NCBI GenBank assembly: GCA_013373425.1
Contig: JABXHW010000007.1
Coordinates: 3,429 to 67,428, forward strand
Length of the DNA: 64,000 bases
Source of the DNA: Flavobacteriia bacterium
GTDB taxonomy: Bacteria; Bacteroidota; Bacteroidia; Flavobacteriales; Schleiferiaceae
Direction: 5' to 3'
A program made the position numbers and the translations under genes. The stretch's first letter is position 1. Every line of letters starts with the position of its first letter. The notes beneath the pieces are model-generated. The model was given only the letters and a program-made list of their open reading frames with translations. It ran no database searches and was not told the origin of the DNA. Positions 28,446 to 37,816 of the stretch are shown here, piece after piece.

Positions 28446-28952
28446 TTTTGGCTTCTTATAAATAGGAACGGTGGAACACGCCTCTCCATACATTAAACTC
28501 TGAACCACTGGCGTGAGCCGTTCCGTGAGTTTTATATACGCTTGAATAGGCACAGGTAGATTTGAACAACCCTTAACAATCACCTTTTTGCCATGGTATT
28601 CGTAGATGTCAATCTGGTCGATTACACTTTCAAAAACCATTGCCTCCAGCGCTTCACGGTCGCCAAATACGGTGCGTACAGCGCGGCCATTGAGTGCGCG
28701 GGCGACTAGTATCCACGCCCATTGTGGGATGATGGCATCTTCAGAGCAAAAGACGTGAACGTAGGCGTCGTTGTATTGCGACCAATCGTGATTTTTAATG
28801 TGCTCGCGAAAGTCTTTTTCGCGAAGCATCACACCTTCGAAAAGCCAAGGTGAAATGTCGAGTGACATTCTCTTGGTCCTGGGATAAAGCTGCTCGAGGT
28901 CGATGGTGACCAAGCCGCTTTTCTCGACTTTATTGATGATTTCGTCTGCCAT
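28440..28952 (-). CDS. DUF2480 family protein
   Basis: EIINKVEKSGLVTIDLE, CSEDAIIPQWA and S.MYGEACSTVP motifs. Confidence 0.9.
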   Translation of the reverse strand: MADEIINKVEKSGLVTIDLEQLYPRTKRMSLDISPWLFEGVMLREKDFREHIKNHDWSQYNDAYVHVFCSEDAIIPQWAWILVARALNGRAVRTVFGDREALEAMVFESVIDQIDIYEYHGKKVIVKGCSNLPVPIQAYIKLTERLTPVVQSLMYGEACSTVPIYKKPKE

Positions 28953-28967
28953 AATTCAGAGCAAGTC

Positions 28968-29306
28968 TTAGAACATACCGAGCTCGAGACGTGCCTCTTC
29001 ACTCATCATGTCTTTTGTCCAAGGTGGGTCGAATGTAATTTCGACTTCGGCTGTAGTCACGATGTCGATGGTTTTCACCTTTTCCTCTACTTCTACGGGA
29101 AGCGATTCAGCCACCGGGCAGTTCGGCGAAGTGAGTGTCATCAAAACATGCACATCTCCTTGGTCGCTTACATTAACATCGTAAACGAGACCGAGTTCGT
29201 AAATATCTACTGGAATCTCAGGGTCGTAAATCGTGCGTAGCACATCCACGACATCTTCTCCGAGCTTCTGCATCTGTTCTTCATTCAATGCCATAGCTGT
29301 ACTCAT
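28968..29306 (-). CDS. sufT: SUF system Fe-S assembly protein (DUF59/SufT)
   Basis: L.TIYDPEIPVDIYELGLVY...MTLTSPNCP...FDPPW. Confidence 0.92.
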   Translation of the reverse strand: MSTAMALNEEQMQKLGEDVVDVLRTIYDPEIPVDIYELGLVYDVNVSDQGDVHVLMTLTSPNCPVAESLPVEVEEKVKTIDIVTTAEVEITFDPPWTKDMMSEEARLELGMF

Positions 29307-29731
29307 GCTTGTTTAGATTGAAAAGCGAGGGCGTAAAACTTCATTTGTTTGATCATGGAAACGAGACCATTGGCGCGGGTAGGCGACAAGTGCTCTTTCA
29401 ATCCAATCTGATCTACAAACGATAAGTCGGCATCCACTATAGCCTGAGGGGTTTGATCACTCAAAGCGCGAATCATCAATGCGATGATGCCCTTCGTGAT
29501 GATTGCATCGCTGTCGGCCGTAAACTGAACTTTTTCACCATCGTAATCTGCGTGCAGCCAAACGCGACTTTGGCAACCCTTGATTAGGTTATCCTCTACC
29601 TTGTACTGCTCATCGATGAGTGGAAGCTCTTTGCCCAAAGAAATGATGTGATCGTACTTATCCATCCAATCCTCGAACATGTCGAATTCGTCGACAATGT
29701 CATCTGTTCTCTCTGCTATACTCTCGCTCAT
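29303..29731 (-). CDS. sufE: Cysteine desulfuration protein SufE
   Basis: IKGCQSRVW, DSDAIITKG and LSPTRANGL motifs. Confidence 0.95.
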   Translation of the reverse strand: MSESIAERTDDIVDEFDMFEDWMDKYDHIISLGKELPLIDEQYKVEDNLIKGCQSRVWLHADYDGEKVQFTADSDAIITKGIIALMIRALSDQTPQAIVDADLSFVDQIGLKEHLSPTRANGLVSMIKQMKFYALAFQSKQA

Positions 29732-29735
29732 ATCC

Positions 29736-30971
29736 TTATTTCAACATTGGGATTACACGGTTCAATCCCGCTACCAAAGTGTCGATTTCTTCTTTTGTGT
29801 TGTATAAACCCATGGATGCACGAATGGTTCCTGGAACTTCCATTCGGTTCATCAAGGGTTGCGTACAGTGGTGTCCTGTTCTAACGGCGATTCCTAATTG
29901 ATCGAGTAGGGTGCCAATGTCGTAGTGATGCAAGCCATCAATATTGAAACTGAACAATGCTGATTTGTTCGGAGCGGTGCCGTGAATTTTCAAACCTTCC
30001 ACGGACAAGAGGGCTTCAGTTCCGTACTCGAGGAGCTCTTGTTCATAGGCAGAGATGTTCTCCATGCCGAGCTCGTTCAGCCAGTCGATAGATGCGGCCC
30101 AGGCGATTACGCCTTCGATGTGTGGTGTTCCCGCTTCGAACTTATGAGGAAGTCCTGCGTAGGTGGTTTTCTCAAAAGTGACGGTGTCAATCATTTCTCC
30201 ACCACCTTGATAAGGAGGGAGCTTGTTGAGCCACTCTTCTTTGCCGTACAATGCGCCAATGCCGGTCGGACCGTACATTTTGTGTGCACTGATGGCGTAA
30301 AAATCAACATCCAAATCACGGACATCCACATTTAAGTGAGGCATGCTTTGCGCGCCGTCGATTACAACTGCGGCATCGACTTCATGCGCTAGAGCCGTCA
30401 TTTCTTTCACCGGGTTGATGGTGCCAAGTGCGTTGGAGATATGGTTGAAAGCGACCAAGACCGTCTTTTCATTCAGCAGAGCTTTGAAAGCTTCCATATC
30501 GAGTACGCCGTGATCATCCATCGGAATCACCTTCAACGTGGCGCCCTTTCGTTCACATAGCATTTGCCATGGAACGATGTTGCTGTGATGCTCAAGAGTT
30601 GAGATGATGATTTCATCCCCAGGCTTCACCAATTCGCCAAAACTCCAAGCAACCGTATTGATGCTATCCGTAGTTCCCTTCGTGAAAATGACTTCATAAC
30701 TATGCTCAGCATTGATGTGAGCACGAAGCTTTTCACGTGTGAGCTCAAAAGCATCTGTAGCACGCTGACTTAGGTGGTGTACACCTCTGTGAACGTTGCT
30801 GTTGATGGTCTCGTAGTACGAAGTGATAGCGTTGGTCATGGCTTTCGGCTTGTGCGTCGTCGCGCCGTTATCCATGTAAACCAATTTGCGTCCGTTTACC
30901 TCGCGTTCCAAGACTGGAAACTGCGAGCGAATCGCTTCTATATCAAATGGTGAAGTTGAAGTATTGCTCAT
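29736..30971 (-). CDS. sufS: SufS family cysteine desulfurase
   Basis: YMDNGATT, NVHRGVH, EHHSNIVPW, SAHKMYGPTGIG and VRTGHHCTQP motifs. Confidence 0.97.
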   Translation of the reverse strand: MSNTSTSPFDIEAIRSQFPVLEREVNGRKLVYMDNGATTHKPKAMTNAITSYYETINSNVHRGVHHLSQRATDAFELTREKLRAHINAEHSYEVIFTKGTTDSINTVAWSFGELVKPGDEIIISTLEHHSNIVPWQMLCERKGATLKVIPMDDHGVLDMEAFKALLNEKTVLVAFNHISNALGTINPVKEMTALAHEVDAAVVIDGAQSMPHLNVDVRDLDVDFYAISAHKMYGPTGIGALYGKEEWLNKLPPYQGGGEMIDTVTFEKTTYAGLPHKFEAGTPHIEGVIAWAASIDWLNELGMENISAYEQELLEYGTEALLSVEGLKIHGTAPNKSALFSFNIDGLHHYDIGTLLDQLGIAVRTGHHCTQPLMNRMEVPGTIRASMGLYNTKEEIDTLVAGLNRVIPMLK

Positions 30972-31002
30972 TGCGGTGCAAAGTTCGTAAATGATTCTTA
31001 CA

Positions 31003-31021
31003 AATTAGAATGAGTCTAGAC
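31003..31021. promoter_or_regulatory. Putative iron-regulator operator upstream of sufS
   Basis: AATTAGAATGAGTCTAGAC, imperfect 9-1-9 palindrome, 14/19 identical to the site at 32349-32367. Confidence 0.45.
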
Positions 31022-31036
31022 AAGGTTTGGGAAATA

Positions 31037-31196
31037 GTACTAAGTACTGGGTACTTAGTACTGAGTACTGAGTACTGGGTACTGGGTACTGGATACTGGG
31101 GCTGCAAATGATAATTTCACGACAGTGGACTGTTAGCATTAGAAGAACGGCCCAGTCACCGTGCCCACGTGCAGTCGTGCCTACTTGCCTGCCTAC
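31037..31196 (-). repeat. Composite repeat element, copy 2 (inverted relative to copy 1)
   Basis: GTACTGR-type x9 at 31037-31099; core 31099-31135 (27/37 gapless identity to copy 1); nnnCGTGC-type 8-mers 31157-31196. Confidence 0.88.
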
Positions 31197-31690
31197 TCAA
31201 TCTTTCTAGGATGTCCTAGTATTTCCGTGAACATGTGATGCAGTTCGAAAGTTTGCTCGGCACCTATTTTTTGACCGAATTGGGCGATGATGTAGAGGAT
31301 GAGGGCTATAATTCCGCAAGCGCCCATCGCGAAGAATGCCCAGTACTGCTCTTGAACCATCGCCTGCGACATGCCGATGATCGCCAAGAAGGTGCCCAGT
31401 ACGCCCATTGCGGCGTAGCCGTAGAAGAAGATTGACCAGACATTGGGATGTGGTCCGTATAAGCCGCGCACAATCGTGCCGTCTTCGGTTTCTTCTGCTG
31501 AAAGTTGAAGTTGTGGCGACCAGTAATGGCGCAAGGGTTCGTTGAACTCCACGATGAGTAGATGTCGCCTTTCAATGAGGTGTACCTTATCGGAGTGCTG
31601 CTTGAATCCATCTACTAACTTTTGATGAATCTCTTTAGCGGAGCCTTCCACTTCATGCTTGAATCGGGGTCTTACTCGTACGCTGGTCAT
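31193..31690 (-). CDS. Hypothetical membrane protein (2 TM)
   Basis: RVRPRF...HYWSPQLQLS...VRGLYGPHPNVW followed by two TM helices; start placed at MTSVRV because the longer ORF runs through a repeat array. Confidence 0.8.
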   Translation of the reverse strand: MTSVRVRPRFKHEVEGSAKEIHQKLVDGFKQHSDKVHLIERRHLLIVEFNEPLRHYWSPQLQLSAEETEDGTIVRGLYGPHPNVWSIFFYGYAAMGVLGTFLAIIGMSQAMVQEQYWAFFAMGACGIIALILYIIAQFGQKIGAEQTFELHHMFTEILGHPRKIE

Positions 31691-31704
31691 GGTGGTAAGA
31701 TAAT

Positions 31705-31742
31705 GAGTTTCGAGTTTCGAGTGGCGGGTTTTGGGTGGCCGG
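31705..31742 (-). repeat. 7-mer tandem array, inverted relative of 28394-28445
   Basis: Reverse complement reads CCGGCCA CCCAAAA CCCGCCA CTCGAAA CTCGAAA CTC. Confidence 0.7.
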
Positions 31743-31794
31743 CAATAGGGTTTTTGTTCGCGGTCACTTGCTTGCATATCGCTACTTTTGCCCC

Positions 31795-32274
31795 ATGGAA
31801 CACCACAAGCCCTTTATTCAGAAGTGTATCGAGTTATCTCAATCGAGTTTAGATAATGGTGATGCGCCTTTTGGATCTATCGTTGTAAAGGACGGGGAGA
31901 TTATCGCCGAATCGACCAACTATGCCGCTTCTAGAGTGAGCGATCACGCTGAGGTGGTAGCATTGCACATGGCACATGAAAAGTTGGGAACCTCCAATTT
32001 AGAGGGAGCCATTCTCTATTCGAATTGCGAACCTTGTCCGATGTGCTCCTTCATGGCACGCGAATACAAAGTAACCGAAGTAGTTTATGCCCTGCCATCA
32101 CCGTACATGGGTGGACACAGCAAGTGGAACATTATGGAGGATGATGAACTGGAGCAATTCCCTCCTTTTTTTGGCAAGCCACCCAAGGTCACCCGTGGTG
32201 TTCTGGAGGCAGAAGCAAAAGCTGTTTTCGACCAAACGCCACTCTGGATGTTTGGGTCGAATGCCAGAAGATAA
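31795..32274 (+). CDS. Nucleoside/guanine deaminase family protein (Zn-dependent)
   Basis: HAE and CEPCPMC motifs; TACTTTTG promoter element just upstream. Confidence 0.9.
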   Translation: MEHHKPFIQKCIELSQSSLDNGDAPFGSIVVKDGEIIAESTNYAASRVSDHAEVVALHMAHEKLGTSNLEGAILYSNCEPCPMCSFMAREYKVTEVVYALPSPYMGGHSKWNIMEDDELEQFPPFFGKPPKVTRGVLEAEAKAVFDQTPLWMFGSNARR

Positions 32275-32335
32275 ACGGAGTCTATGAGCCGCCTAGGAAG
32301 TGCGTAATGAACTATCTCATGTCCTCGATAGTTTG

Positions 32336-32343
32336 TACTTTTG
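32336..32343 (+). promoter_or_regulatory. -7 promoter element (TACTTTTG) for the sufA-B-C-D operon
   Basis: Exact TAnnTTTG 30 nt upstream of the ATG at 32374. Confidence 0.7.
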
Positions 32344-32348
32344 CACAG

Positions 32349-32367
32349 AATTAGACTGATTCCAAAT
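32349..32367. promoter_or_regulatory. Putative iron-regulator operator at the sufABCD transcription start
   Basis: AATTAGACTGATTCCAAAT, imperfect 9-1-9 palindrome immediately downstream of the -7 element. Confidence 0.5.
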
Positions 32368-32373
32368 AGTAGT

Positions 32374-32703
32374 ATGATCAACGTATCCGAAACAGCATTA
32401 GTAAAGCTGCAGAGCCTGATGGCGGAGGAGGGGAAGACTATCGATACTTCCTACATCCGCGTTGGCGTAACAAGTGGTGGTTGTTCAGGGCTTTCATACA
32501 AGATGGAAATCGTGAACGAACAAGTTGAAGGCGACAAGGTTTTTGAAGATAAAGGAGTCAAGATCCTCGTCGATAAAAAGAGCCTACTTTATCTATTGGG
32601 AACCACATTGGAGTACAGTGGTGGTCTCAATGGCAAAGGCTTCGCGTTCAACAACCCGAATGCATCCCGTACCTGTGGATGTGGCGAGAGCTTCGCCGTT
32701 TAA
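32374..32703 (+). CDS. HesB/IscA/SufA family Fe-S assembly protein
   Basis: GGCSGLSY and NPNASRTCGCGESF motifs. Confidence 0.95.
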   Translation: MINVSETALVKLQSLMAEEGKTIDTSYIRVGVTSGGCSGLSYKMEIVNEQVEGDKVFEDKGVKILVDKKSLLYLLGTTLEYSGGLNGKGFAFNNPNASRTCGCGESFAV

Positions 32704-32723
32704 TTTGAAGGATAGATATTCCC

Positions 32724-34166
32724 ATGAGCAATAGCGATCAGATATTAGATGACGTAACCAAGAAGGAGTACGAATACGGTTTCTACACAGAAGTAGAATC
32801 GGATCGCGCTCCCAAAGGGTTGAACGAAGACATCATCCGACTCATTTCTACTAAAAAGAATGAGCCGGAATGGATGCTCGAATGGAGATTGGACGCTTAT
32901 CGCAAGTGGCTTGAAATGACTGAGCCGACTTGGTTGAAGCCGAAATACGAGAAGCCGAATTTTCAGGATATCACGTATTACGCAGCACCAAAAAAGAAGA
33001 AAGGTCCAGATAGCCTAGATGAGGTAGACCCTGAGCTATTAAAGACATTCGAGAAACTAGGAATTTCTCTGGATGAGCAAAAGCGACTCACAGGAGTGGC
33101 TATGGACGTCGTGGTCGATTCAGTTTCGGTTGCGACTACTTTCAAAAAGACACTTCGTGAGTTGGGAATTATTTTCTGCTCAATGTCTGAAGCCATTCAA
33201 GAGCACCCAGAATTGGTGAAGAAGTACTTGGGCACTGTTGTTCCTAAATCTGACAACTTCTACGCAGCATTGAACTCTGCAGTATTCACAGATGGTTCTT
33301 TCTGCTACATTCCGAAAGGCGTGAAATGTCCAATGGAGCTTTCAACCTACTTCCGAATCAACGAAGCAGGAACAGGTCAGTTTGAAAGAACACTTGTTGT
33401 AGCCGACGCTGGAAGTTACGTGAGCTACCTCGAGGGGTGTACAGCACCGCAACGTGACGAGAACCAGCTACACGCAGCTGTGGTAGAATTGGTTGCCCTC
33501 GACGATGCGGAGATTAAGTACAGTACAGTTCAGAACTGGTACCCTGGCGATGCGAATGGCAAGGGTGGGGTTTACAACTTCGTAACTAAGCGCGGTATTT
33601 GCGAGAAGAATGCAAAGATTAGCTGGACTCAAGTTGAGACTGGTTCAGCGGTTACTTGGAAGTACCCGAGCTGTATCTTGAAAGGAGATAATTCTATCGG
33701 TGAGTTCTACAGTGTTGCTGTAACGAACAATCATCAGCAAGCCGATACGGGAACCAAGATGATTCACTTGGGTAAGAACACCAAGAGTACCATCATTTCT
33801 AAAGGTATTTGTGCCGGATCATCCGACGGCAGCTATCGCGGATTGGTGAAAATTGGTCCGCGTGCGCACAACGCCCGAAACTTCTCGCAATGTGATTCGC
33901 TTTTAATGGGCGACGGCTGTGGAAGTCACACTTTCCCGTATATCGAGACTCAAAATAAGACGGCCAAAATCGAGCACGAAGCAACGACTTCGAAAATTGG
34001 CGAGGATCAAATTTTCTATTGTAACCAGCGCGGTATCGGAACAGAAGAAGCTGTTGCCCTCATCGTGAACGGTTACGCGAAAGAAGTCCTCAACAAGCTC
34101 CCAATGGAGTTTGCAGTAGAAGCTCAAAAACTACTTGCCATCTCACTCGAGGGTTCAGTCGGATAA
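32724..34166 (+). CDS. sufB: Fe-S cluster assembly protein SufB
   Basis: [31 protein letters not shown] and EHEATTSKI motifs. Confidence 0.98.
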   Translation: MSNSDQILDDVTKKEYEYGFYTEVESDRAPKGLNEDIIRLISTKKNEPEWMLEWRLDAYRKWLEMTEPTWLKPKYEKPNFQDITYYAAPKKKKGPDSLDEVDPELLKTFEKLGISLDEQKRLTGVAMDVVVDSVSVATTFKKTLRELGIIFCSMSEAIQEHPELVKKYLGTVVPKSDNFYAALNSAVFTDGSFCYIPKGVKCPMELSTYFRINEAGTGQFERTLVVADAGSYVSYLEGCTAPQRDENQLHAAVVELVALDDAEIKYSTVQNWYPGDANGKGGVYNFVTKRGICEKNAKISWTQVETGSAVTWKYPSCILKGDNSIGEFYSVAVTNNHQQADTGTKMIHLGKNTKSTIISKGICAGSSDGSYRGLVKIGPRAHNARNFSQCDSLLMGDGCGSHTFPYIETQNKTAKIEHEATTSKIGEDQIFYCNQRGIGTEEAVALIVNGYAKEVLNKLPMEFAVEAQKLLAISLEGSVG

Positions 34167-34211
34167 TTCAATTGTATCAATTAAAGCCACACGGGCTAAA
34201 GAAGCACATCA

Positions 34212-34967
34212 ATGCTGGATATTAAAAATCTACATGCAAGCATCGAGGAGAAAGACATCCTCAAAGGCATCAATTTGCAAGTAAAACCTGGTGAAGTTCA
34301 CGCCATCATGGGACCAAACGGTTCGGGTAAATCTACACTTTCAAGTGTGATTGCGGGTCGTGAAGACTACGAGGTAACCGACGGATCTATCGATTTCTTA
34401 GGTGAGAATGTTCTCGACTTAAGCCCAGAGGAAAGAGCACAGCTCGGCATCTTCCTTTCATTCCAATATCCAATCGAGATTCCTGGCGTAAGCGTTTCAA
34501 ATTTCTTGAAGACTTCTATCAATGAGATTCGCAAAGCGAAGGGGGAAGAGCCTATGGGTGCAGCAGACTTGCTGAAGAAGATGCGTGAGAAGTTGAAAGT
34601 CTTAGAGATGGACAAGGCTTTCCTTAGCCGCTCATTAAATGAAGGTTTTTCAGGCGGAGAGAAGAAGAGAAATGAGATCTTCCAGATGGCGATGCTCGAG
34701 CCGAAATTGGCCATCCTTGATGAAACCGATTCAGGTTTGGATATCGATGCACTTCGCATCGTTGCACAAGGGGTGAACAAGTTCCGCAATAAGGACAATG
34801 CCGTTGTTGTGATCACACACTACCAGCGCTTGTTGGACTACATCGTTCCAGATGTAGTTCACGTGTTGATGGACGGTAAGATTGTGAAGACAGGCGACAA
34901 GAACTTGGCGCTTGAGCTAGAAGACAAAGGATACGATTGGATCAAGAAGGAAGTAGCTTCCCTCTAA
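34212..34967 (+). CDS. sufC: Fe-S cluster assembly ATPase SufC
   Basis: GPNGSGKST, FQYPIEIPGV, NEGFSGGEKKR, LDETDSGLDIDAL and THYQRLL motifs. Confidence 0.98.
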   Translation: MLDIKNLHASIEEKDILKGINLQVKPGEVHAIMGPNGSGKSTLSSVIAGREDYEVTDGSIDFLGENVLDLSPEERAQLGIFLSFQYPIEIPGVSVSNFLKTSINEIRKAKGEEPMGAADLLKKMREKLKVLEMDKAFLSRSLNEGFSGGEKKRNEIFQMAMLEPKLAILDETDSGLDIDALRIVAQGVNKFRNKDNAVVVITHYQRLLDYIVPDVVHVLMDGKIVKTGDKNLALELEDKGYDWIKKEVASL

Positions 34968-34979
34968 AAGACCATTTCT

Positions 34980-36302
34980 GTGGAAGAATTCAAAGATAAA
35001 CTGGAGTCTAACTACATCGTTTTTGAGAACGAACTCAATGGCGAGGCAGATACTGCTGTGCATGGAATGCGCCGCGATGCCTTTCGCAACTTTGAGAAGT
35101 TAGGATTCCCTACGAAGCGCAATGAGGAGTGGAAGTACACCAACTTGAAGCCTATCCTCAAAGCCGATTATAAACTCTTTCCAAAGCGTGAAGATCATAT
35201 CGAGTTTAAAGATGTGAAGCGCTTTTTCTTGAATGAAATCGATAGCTATAAGGTCGTTTTCATCAATGGAGTATACAGCAGCTGGTTGAGCGAAACCACG
35301 CATCAAGGTTATGACGTTTGCACTTTTGGCAATGCGTTGAGAAAGTATCCCGAGGCGATTGATGGTTACTTCAACAAAGTGGCTAAAACCGATGAGCAAG
35401 CGATGGTTTCATTGAACACCGCGTTTGCATCAGAGGGTGCATTTATTCGCGTTCCGAAGAACAAGGTGGTGGATAAGCCTATCCAAATCATCTTCTTCAA
35501 TACTTCGGATGACCGTGAAATCATGGTGCAGCCGCGAAACTTGATCATCTTGGAACAAGGCGCGAAGGCTGAAATCATCGAGCGTCACCAATCGCTAACG
35601 GATACACCGGTTTTGACGAACTCCGTATCTGAAGTGTCGGTTGGAGCGAATGCAGAATTACATTACTACAAGCTGCAAAACGACGTACACACTTCTTCGT
35701 TGATCGACAACACGTGGATCAATCAGTATAGAGACTCGGTGGCGAAGTTCAGCACTTTTAGTTTCGGAGGTCGATTGACGCGCAATAACCTCCACTTCGC
35801 CATGAAGGATGAGAACTGCTTGACCTATATGAATGGGGTGACCATCTTGGATGAGAACCAACATGTAGATCATCATACTGTTGCCGATCACTTGGTACCG
35901 CACTGTGAGAGCCACGAGCTGTACAAGGGTATTTATGATGATACATCAACAGGTGTGTTCAATGGTAAAATCAACGTGCACAAGGATGCGCAGAAGACCA
36001 ATGCCTTCCAGCAGAATGACAACATTTTGTTGAGCGATAGAGCTACAGTAGACACTAAGCCGCAGTTGGAAATTTATGCGGATGACGTTGCGTGTTCTCA
36101 CGGTTGTACCGTTGGTCAGCTCGATGAAGAAGCCCTCTTCTACATGAAGAGTAGAGGTATTGCAGATAAAGAGGCGAGAGCTCTCTTGATGTATGCTTTT
36201 GCTTCTTATGCATTGAGCGAGGTGGGTATTCGCGAGCTCAAGCAGAAAGTGAACATGCTTATCGCAAAGAAACTAGGAGTGGATCTCGACTTTGAGTTGT
36301 AG
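34980..36302 (+). CDS. sufD: Fe-S cluster assembly protein SufD
   Basis: EEWKYTNL, GVFNGKI, TKPQLEIYADDVACSHGCTVGQLD; GTG start. Confidence 0.97.
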   Translation: MEEFKDKLESNYIVFENELNGEADTAVHGMRRDAFRNFEKLGFPTKRNEEWKYTNLKPILKADYKLFPKREDHIEFKDVKRFFLNEIDSYKVVFINGVYSSWLSETTHQGYDVCTFGNALRKYPEAIDGYFNKVAKTDEQAMVSLNTAFASEGAFIRVPKNKVVDKPIQIIFFNTSDDREIMVQPRNLIILEQGAKAEIIERHQSLTDTPVLTNSVSEVSVGANAELHYYKLQNDVHTSSLIDNTWINQYRDSVAKFSTFSFGGRLTRNNLHFAMKDENCLTYMNGVTILDENQHVDHHTVADHLVPHCESHELYKGIYDDTSTGVFNGKINVHKDAQKTNAFQQNDNILLSDRATVDTKPQLEIYADDVACSHGCTVGQLDEEALFYMKSRGIADKEARALLMYAFASYALSEVGIRELKQKVNMLIAKKLGVDLDFEL

Positions 36303-36333
36303 ACATTCTTTATCGAAATAGTAAATTACCGTC

Positions 36334-36792
36334 ATGAAACACTTCATGGCGGTTTTTTTATATCTGATTACTGGGCTTGGAGCCTTCGCTCAGACGGTTG
36401 ACGAAGTGCTAGATGATTGGCATGATGCCGCGGCTCAAGCGGATTACGATCGGTACTTCTCGCATTTCAAGGACGACAATTCGATATTCTTGGGAACAGA
36501 TGCTACAGAGCGATGGACCGTTGCTGAATTTGCGCCTTGGGCTAAACCTTACTTTGATAGAGGAAGCGCTTGGGAGTTTATCCCGGTAGACCGTTGGGTA
36601 TACTTTAGTGAAGATGGAAATACGGCCTGGTTCGATGAAACTTTGAGCTCCGAACACATGGGACCATGCCGAGGCTCGGGCGCGCTAGTTCTTACGGAAG
36701 AAGGCTGGAAGGTTACTCATTATAACCTGACCGTGCCTATTCCCAATGCCATACTTTCAGATGTGGTAGAACAGATATCGGAAGTAGAATAG
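36334..36792 (+). CDS. Nuclear transport factor 2 / SnoaL-like exported protein
   Basis: Signal peptide; WHDAAA.AD...YF, FLGTDATERW, AWFDE.L and GWKVTHYNL motifs. Confidence 0.85.
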   Translation: MKHFMAVFLYLITGLGAFAQTVDEVLDDWHDAAAQADYDRYFSHFKDDNSIFLGTDATERWTVAEFAPWAKPYFDRGSAWEFIPVDRWVYFSEDGNTAWFDETLSSEHMGPCRGSGALVLTEEGWKVTHYNLTVPIPNAILSDVVEQISEVE

Positions 36793-36814
36793 ATCCATCT
36801 CATAAACGCTCTCC

Positions 36815-37816
36815 ATGAAAACATTCAAGCACACCGAAGGCGAATTGGCCTTAGGTGAAGAAGGTATTTTTATAACACACTCCAAGGCTGAACTCAACAT
36901 TCATCGGTCAGTATCACCATCCTATTGGAGTCGCCGGCAGCGAATATTGCATGTATGCGCTATAATCTTCACTATTCCAGTTTTGCTGCCCCTTGTAAAT
37001 ATCGAAGTATCCAAGTCAATAGCAATTGGCTCGATATCCGGAATTATTCTACTCGGTGCTGTGGGGTTGTATTTCTATTTCAATTTTAAAAAATCAACTG
37101 TGCTCTATTCTTGGGAAAGCATTGGTCAAGTGCGTTTATATCCATCGGGATTGCTTGAGTGGCTGGAGAATCAGCATGACTGGAGAGGGAAACGAGTTCA
37201 GTGTAAGCCAAGAGACATGTCTAGCATACTTGCGCTCGTGCGAGAGGTCTTTCAAGACGACAAGATAAAGGTTCCCAATGCTTGGGATGGTCGCAGCGAT
37301 GCTACCTCTGAATTGAAAGGGTACAACGGAACACGAGTCAGGTTAGATAAGGAGGGCCTCTCCGTAGGCTCCATTTGGTTTTCTAGCTCTACAGAGCTTA
37401 AGCTGCAAAGTGCGCCACCTAAATTAGAATTAAAGCCGAATCAGTCAGTTCCATGGATATGGTGGCCTTTGATAATTTTATTTTTCTTGATAAATGGATA
37501 CGGTCCTATTCATGATATGGTCATGACCTCACTTCCATTTGCAGATTATTACTTGGGGATAGGGTTGTTGATTTTGGGGTTACTTCCAGCGGCTTGGCTA
37601 CTTTTCATAGTAACCACGGGAAGCGTCCTAGGTGGGAATTCCTTTATCGTGAAAAGTGAGGACATCCAGTACATTGAAATCACGGGACCCCGTGTCATAT
37701 TTGGCCTGACCTACAAGGATGGTATGGTGGTAGACTTTGAAGCGACAGCACGGGTGAAGGAAGAATTGGAGTCTCTCGATGAGGTGTCAAAAAGCCTTAA
37801 GCCAGTGACTTTCTAA
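36815..37816 (+). CDS. Hypothetical membrane protein with apparent internal duplication
   Basis: Two halves, each with a beta-rich start, two TM helices and a beta-rich end. Confidence 0.6.
   Translation: MKTFKHTEGELALGEEGIFITHSKAELNIHRSVSPSYWSRRQRILHVCAIIFTIPVLLPLVNIEVSKSIAIGSISGIILLGAVGLYFYFNFKKSTVLYSWESIGQVRLYPSGLLEWLENQHDWRGKRVQCKPRDMSSILALVREVFQDDKIKVPNAWDGRSDATSELKGYNGTRVRLDKEGLSVGSIWFSSSTELKLQSAPPKLELKPNQSVPWIWWPLIILFFLINGYGPIHDMVMTSLPFADYYLGIGLLILGLLPAAWLLFIVTTGSVLGGNSFIVKSEDIQYIEITGPRVIFGLTYKDGMVVDFEATARVKEELESLDEVSKSLKPVTF

Noticed and set aside
27412-31742. CRISPR array
   Set aside because: Repeat units are 7-8 bp and contiguous, with no unique spacers and no cas genes.
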